44,158 nt of DNA from Candidatus Moraniibacteriota bacterium (GTDB lineage Bacteria; Patescibacteriota; Minisyncoccia; Moranbacterales; UBA1568): positions 1 to 44,158 of the forward strand of contig JAGOOJ010000001.1 in NCBI GenBank assembly GCA_017992575.1. Reading direction: 5' to 3'. A model generated the notes under the pieces. The model saw only the letters and a list, made by a program, of their open reading frames with translations. It did no database searches and was not told the origin of the DNA. This document shows, piece after piece, positions 1-6,773 of this stretch (the first letter of the stretch is position 1; each line of letters starts with the position of its first letter). Made by a program: the position numbers and the translations under genes.

Positions 1-698
1 TTCCGCCGGTTTTTATTAAACCTGAGCCGTTCGAAAGAATGGCGCGTATCAATCCGAAAGATGAGCGCTACTATTTACCAGAAGATGATTCTTTTCTGGT
101 TGGAAGTGCTGAACACACTCTCGGATCTATGCATATGGATGAAATGTTGCCCGAGGCAGAGTTGCCACTGCGATATATAGGCTTTTCCACTGCTTTTCGA
201 AGGGAGGCTGGCGCGTCTGGGAAAGACATGAAGGGTATTCTACGGTTACACCAATTTGATAAATTGGAGATGGAATCATTTACGGTGGCAGAACAGTCGC
301 TGGAAGAGCAAAATTTCTTCGTAGCCATTCAGGAATACCTCGTGCAGTCACTTGGCGTCCCATACCAAGTAGTACAGATTTGTACTGGGGATATGGGAAT
401 ACCTGATGCGCGACAGATTGATATCGAATGTTGGTTGCCAGGGCAGAACAAGTATCGAGAGACACACACCTCCGATTTGATGACTGACTATCAAGCGCGA
501 CGATTGAATACACGAGTTAAACGTGCCTCTGGAGATGCAGAGTTTGTTCATATGAATGATGCCACGGCCTTTGCTATTGGACGAACCCTGATTGCTATTA
601 TGGAAAATTATCAGCAAGCAGACGGGTCTATAGTCATTCCGGAAGTGCTCCGTCCGTTTGTTGGGAAAGACGTGATTCGTCCAAAAAACGAAGCATAG
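1..698 (+). CDS. serS: seryl-tRNA synthetase, C-terminal catalytic part (5' end lies upstream of the window; frame is open from nt 3)
   Basis: Class II aaRS signatures are present: FRREAGASGKDMKGILRLHQFDKLEM (motif 2), DIECWLPGQNKYRETHTSDLMTDYQARRL, and NDATAFAIGRTLIAIMENYQQADGSIVIP (motif 3). The frame continues upstream of the listed Met (PPVFIKPEPFER...). Confidence 0.95.
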   Translation, partial: PPVFIKPEPFERMARINPKDERYYLPEDDSFLVGSAEHTLGSMHMDEMLPEAELPLRYIGFSTAFRREAGASGKDMKGILRLHQFDKLEMESFTVAEQSLEEQNFFVAIQEYLVQSLGVPYQVVQICTGDMGIPDARQIDIECWLPGQNKYRETHTSDLMTDYQARRLNTRVKRASGDAEFVHMNDATAFAIGRTLIAIMENYQQADGSIVIPEVLRPFVGKDVIRPKNEA

Positions 699-725
699 TC
701 TATTGCGTACGATTATATAAAAAAT

Positions 726-757
726 GGGCCACTCACTCGTTCGTGGGTGGCCCTTTT
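726..757. terminator. bidirectional rho-independent terminator between serS (+) and the 797-1249 ORF (-)
   Basis: GGGCCAC (726-732) pairs with GTGGCCC (747-753). It is followed by TTTT and preceded by an A-run (tataaaaaat), so it reads as hairpin plus T-run on both strands. Confidence 0.75.
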
Positions 758-796
758 GGCGGGAGGGTGGTTCGAGGATTCGAACTACGGTGGTGG

Positions 797-1249
797 CTAT
801 TGGCAGAGTTCTTCGGCGTAGCTGAGGACCTGAGGAAAATCAGCAGGATTGTTTAGATCTCCCATGAGGTGACCAGCGTCTCGCATGAAGTTGGGCGGAG
901 GGATGAAGAGAGCCCGTCGCTGAATAGGAAAGAGTTGGCGAAATGTTTCGAAATCTGACAAATCACCGACAATTCCATGGCTCGCGCGCAATTTCCTTCC
1001 ATCTCTATAAGCCGGATGACTGGAAAAGATGAGGCTTCGACGTCCAGAACAGTAGCCATGAGGAGAAATTCTTTCTGGAGTCATGCCAATTCTCGTGTCG
1101 GTGTTGTACCCACGAAAAACATCTTCCATTACGCGTGCTGGTACCACGATGACCGTGTCCTTGTGGAAATCGCAGTACCAGAGACGTTTCGGGATGAAAA
1201 GGTTGAGGTACCACCACCAAACCCACCGTTTGTAAAAGTTCATTTCCAT
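797..1249 (-). CDS. hypothetical protein, 150 aa, Trp-rich N-terminus (KRWVWWWY); no confident family
   Basis: AGGAG sits 6 nt upstream of the ATG (aatacAAGGAGcatggcATG on the minus strand) and an in-frame stop lies 7 codons upstream. The bidirectional terminator lies 40 nt downstream. There is a weak resemblance of LIFSSHPAYRDGRKLRASHGIVGD to the YkuD-type H...SHGC signature, but without the Cys. Confidence 0.6.
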   Translation of the reverse strand: MEMNFYKRWVWWWYLNLFIPKRLWYCDFHKDTVIVVPARVMEDVFRGYNTDTRIGMTPERISPHGYCSGRRSLIFSSHPAYRDGRKLRASHGIVGDLSDFETFRQLFPIQRRALFIPPPNFMRDAGHLMGDLNNPADFPQVLSYAEELCQ

Positions 1250-1426
1250 GCCATGCTCCTTGTATTGGTCTCATAAAAGTCTCTTCCCAGCGCAGTAATC
1301 GCTCGAGGAGAGGGGGATAGACAGGATATATGACCACATGAATCTAAGCACGGAAGAGCATTTTTGTGAATGATAATGAGACGTTTGTCAATAAAATATT
1401 TTTTGACTCCCCTCGGAAGCCAAGCT

Positions 1427-1440
1427 CCTCCCAAGGCGGA
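1427..1440. repeat. left arm of a 14-bp perfect inverted repeat (CCTCCCAAGGCGGA) bracketing the tRNA-Lys locus
   Basis: The reverse complement occurs at 1753-1766. It extends to GCTCCTCCCAAGGCGGA versus GCTCCCTCCCAAGGCGGA (one indel). It lies in the loop of a local hairpin, GGAAGCCAA (1415-1423) / TTGGCTTCC (1447-1455). Confidence 0.8.
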
Positions 1441-1460
1441 TAAAAGTTGGCTTCCTCCTA

Positions 1461-1503
1461 CCACAAAACAAAAATCCCCTAACGGGGACTTTTCGTTTTG
1501 TGG
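1461..1503 (-). terminator. terminator downstream of tRNA-Lys (minus strand)
   Basis: The outer inverted repeat is CCACAAAAC (1461-1469) / GTTTTGTGG (1495-1503). The inner hairpin is TCCCC-taac-GGGGA (1475-1488). On the minus strand the hairpin is followed by TTTTTGTTTTG. Confidence 0.65.
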
Positions 1504-1517
1504 GTGCGGGGGGAATC
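1500..1517 (-). repeat. 18-nt perfect direct duplicate of the 3' end of tRNA-Lys (att-like scar)
   Basis: gtgggtgcggggggaatc at 1500-1517 is identical to 1603-1620, which covers the discriminator, 3' acceptor strand, 3' T-stem and part of the T-loop of the intact tRNA. The surrounding sequence does not fold as a tRNA. Confidence 0.85.
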
Positions 1518-1603
1518 CTCCTCGCTCCGACTCGGAGCCGGGGCGCTACACACAGAATACTCGTTTACTCGTATTCGACTCGCGCCCTTCGATTCCTTAT
1601 GGG

Positions 1604-1676
1604 TGGGTGCGGGGGGAATCGAACCCTCGACCGTTGGCTTAAAAGGCCACTGCTCTACCGACTGAGCTACGCACCC
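1604..1676 (-). tRNA. tRNA-Lys (anticodon UUU), CCA not encoded
   Basis: The minus strand reads GGGTGCG TA GCTC AGTCGGTA GAGC A GTGGC CTTTTAA GCCAA CGGTC GAGGG TTCGATT CCCCC CGCACCC A. This is a 73-nt cloverleaf with one A:C mismatch in the T-stem and G27:A43. Confidence 0.9.
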
Positions 1677-1752
1677 GAATGTTTGTGAGAATTTTATGGA
1701 TGTTCCAACAAACGAGCCCTATCGCTCGTAAGAAGGAGGTCCCGACTGCCTG

Positions 1753-1766
1753 TCCGCCTTGGGAGG
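1753..1766. repeat. right arm of the 14-bp inverted repeat bracketing tRNA-Lys
   Basis: TCCGCCTTGGGAGG is the reverse complement of 1427-1440. Confidence 0.8.
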
Positions 1767-1852
1767 GAGCAGGTACCCGGATATTTCACATAACAGTGTG
1801 TAGTCTAATGAATTTTTGAGAATTCGTCAATTCTCTTGTTGAATAGACCACA

Positions 1853-1881
1853 TTGGAATCCAGTCAGTTTTCTGCTATACT
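1853..1881 (+). promoter_or_regulatory. sigma70-type promoter for the BNR lipoprotein gene
   Basis: TTGGAA (1853-1858), a 17-nt spacer, then TGcTATACT (extended -10, 1873-1881). The ATG is at 1904. Confidence 0.55.
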
Positions 1882-1903
1882 AAGCAGAGAAAATCAAATA
1901 CCT

Positions 1904-3010
1904 ATGTTGAAAAAAATTATAGTATTGGTGGGCGGAGCTGTGCTTTTGTCGGGCTGTACGATTACGGTGCCTGGGACAACCCCGATAGTGGACACTGGAA
2001 CTCCGAATGCTTTCAATCAAAAAGTGCAGGCTGGGAGTATGTGGAAAAGTACTGATGGCGGCCAGACCTTTTCCGTGAAGTCACGGGTTGATGAGAAACA
2101 ATCGATAACCAAAGCTGACGTTTTGGCACTTTCTTTTCATCCGACCGATCACGCAACGCTTTATTTTGGGACGGTAGATAACGGAATTTTCAAGACGGTT
2201 GATAGTGGTGAAACATGGCAACAGATTGTTTTTCCACCCAAGAAAATCTATAGTTTTATCTTGGATAAAAATGATCCTGATAAACGAATGTTTGCCTCGG
2301 GGATGCTCAATAACGTGGGAAAGATATTTCGTACCGATGACGGTGGCGAAAATTGGCGCGCCGTTTACACAGAACCAGTAGCTGAAGTCGTTATTACTCT
2401 TTTGGCTCAGCATCCGCGGGATATAAATGTGTTGTTTGCCGGTACGAGCGCTGGAACCGTGGTGAAAAGTACTGATGGCGGAGAAACATGGAAAAATGTA
2501 GGTAACTCTTTGAGTGGGCCTATTACGGAAATAGTATTTGATGCTACTAAACCACTATCGCTGTATGCCCTTTCCTTCAATAGTAAAGTGTACTATTCAG
2601 ATGACGGGGGAGTGGTATGGACTGAGCCAAAGAGTGATCGTACCGATCAAGGGAGTAGTGAAGCTGTTACTCCTGGACCCTTACTCGCATTGGTTGCCGA
2701 TCCAAGTATCTCTGGGCGAGTGTATGGCAGTAAAAGTGGTGGATTGTATCGAAGTAATAATTTTGCCAAAGATTGGGAGAAGATTAATATTATTGAAAGT
2801 GCTGAGAAATCGCCTGTTCGGGCGATAGCTATCAATCCACACGATTCGAACGAAATCGTTTTTGTCGCCGGAAAAGCCTTTTATAAGTCGAAAAATGGCG
2901 GAGAGACCTGGTCAGTGGTTGATCTGTATATAGATCGAAGTGCGTCAGTGCTTATGTATGATCCAAATAATCCACTCACTTTGTATCTGGCTCTTCGTAA
3001 AACTAATTGA
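1904..3010 (+). CDS. BNR/Asp-box repeat beta-propeller lipoprotein (sialidase/Ycf48-like fold)
   Basis: The start was moved to MLKKIIVLVGGAVLLSGC (lipobox LSGC). Six Asp-box motifs (SxDxGxTW) are present: STDGGQTF, TVDSGETW, RTDDGGENW, STDGGETW, SDDGGVVW, SKNGGETW. Confidence 0.8.
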   Translation: MLKKIIVLVGGAVLLSGCTITVPGTTPIVDTGTPNAFNQKVQAGSMWKSTDGGQTFSVKSRVDEKQSITKADVLALSFHPTDHATLYFGTVDNGIFKTVDSGETWQQIVFPPKKIYSFILDKNDPDKRMFASGMLNNVGKIFRTDDGGENWRAVYTEPVAEVVITLLAQHPRDINVLFAGTSAGTVVKSTDGGETWKNVGNSLSGPITEIVFDATKPLSLYALSFNSKVYYSDDGGVVWTEPKSDRTDQGSSEAVTPGPLLALVADPSISGRVYGSKSGGLYRSNNFAKDWEKINIIESAEKSPVRAIAINPHDSNEIVFVAGKAFYKSKNGGETWSVVDLYIDRSASVLMYDPNNPLTLYLALRKTN

Positions 3011-3031
3011 ATAAGACATAAGGTTACTGAT

Positions 3032-3589
3032 ATGATTAAAGAATTGATTGAAGAAAAGAAGCAGAATTTTGAGAGTGCCGTAGAACATTTCTCCAATGAA
3101 GCATCCAAAATTCGTACGGGCCGAGCCCATCCGGGGCTGGTTGAGAATTTGATGGTGGATTATTATGGTACCCGTACGCCCCTTCGTCAGATTGCCAGTA
3201 TCAGTATTCCAGAAGCACGACAGATTCTTATCTCGCCTTGGGACAAGGGTTCGTTGGTGTTGATTGAGACTGCTATCCGTGAGTCAGATTTGGGGCTCAA
3301 TCCCGGAAATGATGGGGTAGCACTGCGGATTACCCTGCCGGCACTCAACGAGGAAACTCGCAAGAATTTTGTGAAGTCGCTTAATCAGCGTGCTGAAGAG
3401 GCTCGTATTGGCGTGAGGAATGTCCGAGAAGAAATTTGGAAAGATATTCAGGAACGTGAGAAAGCGGGGGATATTTCGGAAGATGACAAATTTTCCGGCA
3501 AGGAAGATTTGCAGAAAGTAGTTGATGAATATAATCAGAAACTCGAGACACTCCGGAAGAAGAAAGAAGAAGAAATCATGACTGTTTAG
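3032..3589 (+). CDS. frr: ribosome recycling factor
   Basis: 185 aa. It has VDYYGTRTPLRQIASISIPEARQILISPWDK and an RNVREE...K motif typical of Frr. Confidence 0.95.
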   Translation: MIKELIEEKKQNFESAVEHFSNEASKIRTGRAHPGLVENLMVDYYGTRTPLRQIASISIPEARQILISPWDKGSLVLIETAIRESDLGLNPGNDGVALRITLPALNEETRKNFVKSLNQRAEEARIGVRNVREEIWKDIQEREKAGDISEDDKFSGKEDLQKVVDEYNQKLETLRKKKEEEIMTV

Positions 3590-3627
3590 TCAGAGAACAT
3601 CCTTTAGTTTTTATCTTTTATCATTTT

Positions 3628-4776
3628 ATGCTGACTATTCTCATTTTTGTCGTACTACTCGGGGCACTAGTGTTTGTCCATGAACTGGGGCATTTCTTGA
3701 CTGCTATACGCAACGGTATTCGAGTGGATGAATTTGGGTTTGGTTTTCCGCCGAGACTGTTTGGCATGGTGAAAGATGAAACGAGTGGAAAGTATAAAAT
3801 AGTGTGGGGGAGTAAAGATATGCCGAGCGGAAAAACGGTGTATTCACTGAACTGGATTCCGTTGGGAGGGTTTGTCAAAATTGCCGGGGAAGATGGCCAC
3901 GACACGACTGATCCGGAGAGTTTTGCTAGTAAATCTGCTTGGATACGAATCAAAGTGCTCGGAGCTGGAGTATTCATGAATTTCTTTTTTGCTTGGTTGC
4001 TTATTTCGGTGGTGCTGATGCTTGGGTTGCCACAGCCGATTGACCAGAGTGATCACGGGAAATACCCTAATGCCAAGATTCAAATCTTGAGTGTTGCTAA
4101 AGGTGCTCCTGCAGAAACAATGGGCCTCAAAATGGGAGATGAGCTTGTGACTATCAATGGTAATGCTGTGACCAGCTTAGAACAGGTTTCGGAGGCAATA
4201 AAGAGTCATAAGGGTCAGTCGATAGCTATTGAGGTGGATCGTTTTGGTCAGTCTCTCACACTTTCAGGTGTGCCAAGAGTAGATGCTCCAGCAACTGAAG
4301 GCGCTCTCGGGATTTCGTTCTCGGAAACAGCAGTGGTGTCGTATCCTTGGTACCAGGCGTTCTACGAAGGAGCCAAAGCGACGTATAACATCACGATTGC
4401 GATTCTTCAGGCCTTCGGTAAAATGATTGCTTCGCTTTGGAGTACGGAAGAGGTAGCACTCGATGTTACTGGACCAGTTGGTATCGTCTACCTCACCAAG
4501 CAGATGAGTGATCTCGGACTTCCATACCTTCTCCAGTTTGCAGCCCTCCTTTCCATCAACCTCGGTATCATCAATATTCTGCCGATCCCGGCCCTTGATG
4601 GCGGACGAATTCTGTTTGTGCTGATCGAGAGATTGAAGGGGAGTCCAGTGAGTCGCAAGATAGAGGGAATGATTCATCAAGTGGGATTTATCCTTCTGTT
4701 GCTCCTCATGCTTTTCGTGACGATTCGGGATTTTTCACAATTTCAGATTCTCGACAAGATTCGCCATATCTTCTAG
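3628..4776 (+). CDS. rseP: RIP (site-2) zinc metalloprotease, M50 family, with PDZ domain
   Basis: HELGHF (HExxH) lies in TM1. There is a central PDZ-like segment (GAPAETMGLKMGDELVTINGN) and the NLGIINILPIPALDGGR motif. Confidence 0.9.
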   Translation: MLTILIFVVLLGALVFVHELGHFLTAIRNGIRVDEFGFGFPPRLFGMVKDETSGKYKIVWGSKDMPSGKTVYSLNWIPLGGFVKIAGEDGHDTTDPESFASKSAWIRIKVLGAGVFMNFFFAWLLISVVLMLGLPQPIDQSDHGKYPNAKIQILSVAKGAPAETMGLKMGDELVTINGNAVTSLEQVSEAIKSHKGQSIAIEVDRFGQSLTLSGVPRVDAPATEGALGISFSETAVVSYPWYQAFYEGAKATYNITIAILQAFGKMIASLWSTEEVALDVTGPVGIVYLTKQMSDLGLPYLLQFAALLSINLGIINILPIPALDGGRILFVLIERLKGSPVSRKIEGMIHQVGFILLLLLMLFVTIRDFSQFQILDKIRHIF

Positions 4777-4800
4777 GTTTCTTTTGCCTTGAAAGAGCGA

Positions 4801-4826
4801 AAAACCCCTTATAGAAGGGGTTTTTC
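4801..4826 (+). terminator. rho-independent terminator after rseP
   Basis: AAAACCCCTT-atag-AAGGGGTTTTT. Confidence 0.8.
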
Positions 4827-4845
4827 TGTTGTCATTCTGTCCCTA

Positions 4846-4874
4846 TTGACAATTCACTCTTTTTTTGGTAATAT
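4846..4874 (+). promoter_or_regulatory. sigma70-type promoter
   Basis: TTGACA (4846-4851), a 17-nt spacer, then TAATAT (4869-4874). Confidence 0.6.
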
Positions 4875-4902
4875 ACAGGGTTCATAAATTGTATGTAAAT
4901 CT

Positions 4903-5568
4903 ATGGGAAATCAGTATTTGCTCTCGACGTTGCGCTCGAAAATCGGTACCCTCCTCTTGTGGGGTGTGCTCTTTGGCGCCTTGGGATTCTTTGGTCTCAT
5001 GGTTACAGAGAAGCCATTCCAGACCAAGATGGATTTTTTGGTTGTTCAGACGAACGCTGGAAATCAGGACTTCTATACTCAGTTCAAATCATCTGAGTAT
5101 TTGGGCAACGTGCTGGGAGAAGCGATCTTTAGTGAGCGCTTTGTCAACGCTGTTGTCGAAACAGGTAAAGTCAATGCAGAATTCCTTCCCTTTAATAAGA
5201 AGGACAAACTGAAGGCTTGGAAAGAAATGGTTGCTGTTCAAAAAAACATGGAGCTTGGTATCATCAGCGTGACTGTTTCCGGCAAAAGCGAACGTGAAAT
5301 TTCCCGGACGATGGATGCTATCGCTGTCGTGTTGGCCGAACGCAACAGTCTCTTCCGTGGTGGTGATGAAAAGAGTGTTGAAATTCGTGTGCTCTCCGGC
5401 CCTATTTTGGAACAGAACCCAACTCTCTCCAAGATAGCCAAAGTAGTGATGGCTGCTTTCTTGGCCGGTGTCTTTGTCGCCACTTTCTTTGTGGTCGTCA
5501 AATCGGAACTGCGTCCAGTAGCAGTAGGGAGAGATGATGAGATTCCTTTCAATGAGATGCTGGTCTAA
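4903..5568 (+). CDS. Wzz/YveK-like polysaccharide chain-length determinant (PCP) protein
   Basis: It has an N-terminal TM (LLLWGVLFGALGFFGLMV), then the KPFQTKMDFLV... periplasmic domain and a C-terminal TM (VVMAAFLAGVFVATFFVVV). This is the typical PCP topology. No cognate BY-kinase gene is nearby. Confidence 0.6.
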   Translation: MGNQYLLSTLRSKIGTLLLWGVLFGALGFFGLMVTEKPFQTKMDFLVVQTNAGNQDFYTQFKSSEYLGNVLGEAIFSERFVNAVVETGKVNAEFLPFNKKDKLKAWKEMVAVQKNMELGIISVTVSGKSEREISRTMDAIAVVLAERNSLFRGGDEKSVEIRVLSGPILEQNPTLSKIAKVVMAAFLAGVFVATFFVVVKSELRPVAVGRDDEIPFNEMLV

Positions 5569-5726
5569 ACGACCAATCCCTTGTACTGAGAGTGGCTCAG
5601 TATCCTGGGAAGAGAGCGGTGCGGCGTTATCGTCATCACTGCTTTCTTCCTAGGATTGTTTCGTCCCTGACCTTTAACAATCCAAAGTGTTCAGTTATTA
5701 ACGTTCGACAACCAGAAGGAGTTTCC

Positions 5727-6755
5727 ATGAACTATCGCATCACCCTGATGCTCATTAGTCTGGCAACTCTCGCGGGTTGCACGACGATGGGGTTTGATCC
5801 GCGCCATGATGCCGCCCTGGCACAGGTGCGGGCCACGGCTCCGCAGAGCCAGTCGGCCGAGGACTTGCGCAAGCAGGACCCACGAGCCAGTCTGGCCCTG
5901 CAAACCGATCCCGTGCTGGTCGAAGGGTACATGGTTTTGAGCATTGCGCTCCCAACCTTGTATCCCGAACTCAGTCGGGAAATCGTTGATTCTCGGCAAC
6001 CGTACCTCCGGTATGTTGCCACCAAGATCGAAACCACCGGATCGGCAGTGAATATTACGCTTGAGTGCAAGCCAGGGAAACCTGCCTGCGCCGACATGAG
6101 CGACACTGCCACGACCAAAGTTCCGCTCCATCGCAAGGTGTGGCGGGCTGGGGTCTATGGTTCGGATGGTCGCATCGAGCGTATGTTCGATGCTGTGTAT
6201 CGCCCGCTCCTTCGGCGCTATGTGGTGCTTGTGCCTCTCTCCGAGTGGCCAAGTGTCATAGGCAAAGAAGTACGCGTCCTCTCGGCCTATGGAGATTTCG
6301 CCATCACTCGTGACGGCGGGCTCCAACGGCTACGGGATGGTGAGGTCGCTGTACTTGCCTCTGGCACCGCAAGGATGCCGGTCAAGTACGACGATCTGGT
6401 GCGGATGTCGCCTGACACACCTGGGGGGAAGTACTTCCTTCAGGTGCTCAGTAGCGAATTCCCGCTCCCGGCGCCGTTTCATAGCGGTGTCGCGCATCCA
6501 GACCTCTACCTCGGTGGAGCCAAGTTGACACGTGAAGAAAACGTGCTCGACTGCTGGACGGGGAGAAACGGCGGTGGCACCATTGTCATCACGCCGGTTC
6601 CGCTCCAGACCACTATCACCTTCGTGGGTTCCCTCCTGTGGAACCTCCCGCGCGTGGCGTCACGTGACTGTGGCGTACACGTACCAGGTTCGAAAGGAAA
6701 GGATGAACAACGCAAAGAAGCTACCCCCGGGTCGCTTCCGAGCGACTCACCCTAA
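5727..6755 (+). CDS. island lipoprotein, unknown function (342 aa)
   Basis: The start was moved to MNYRITLMLISLATLAGC (lipobox LAGC). AGGAG lies 6 nt upstream. It is GC3-rich and matches no recognisable family. Confidence 0.7.
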   Translation: MNYRITLMLISLATLAGCTTMGFDPRHDAALAQVRATAPQSQSAEDLRKQDPRASLALQTDPVLVEGYMVLSIALPTLYPELSREIVDSRQPYLRYVATKIETTGSAVNITLECKPGKPACADMSDTATTKVPLHRKVWRAGVYGSDGRIERMFDAVYRPLLRRYVVLVPLSEWPSVIGKEVRVLSAYGDFAITRDGGLQRLRDGEVAVLASGTARMPVKYDDLVRMSPDTPGGKYFLQVLSSEFPLPAPFHSGVAHPDLYLGGAKLTREENVLDCWTGRNGGGTIVITPVPLQTTITFVGSLLWNLPRVASRDCGVHVPGSKGKDEQRKEATPGSLPSDSP

Positions 6756-6773
6756 CCCTTCTAGGAGCAATCC

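Noticed and set aside
761-800. GGTTCGAGGATTCGAAC, which on the minus strand contains a canonical-looking T-loop (GTTCGAATC) and ends ...CCCGCCA. This suggested another tRNA fragment.
   Set aside because: The T-stem pairs at only 3 of 5 positions, and 16 nt rather than 11 follow the stem before the CCA. It does not fit a tRNA 3' end, so I treat it as chance or too degenerate to call.
977-1337. Alternative ORFs 977-1276 (+) and 1005-1337 (-) overlapping the 797-1249 gene. This raised the possibility that the locus is a frameshifted pseudogene.
   Set aside because: Only the 797-1249 frame has a strong SD, an upstream in-frame stop and a downstream terminator. I could not see a sensible continuous protein across a frameshift, though this remains a low-confidence locus.
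1370-1688. ORFs 1370-1642 and 1500-1688 (+).
   Set aside because: They overlap the tRNA-Lys gene, its duplicated fragment and the terminator, and they are Gly/Arg-rich translations of structured RNA sequence.
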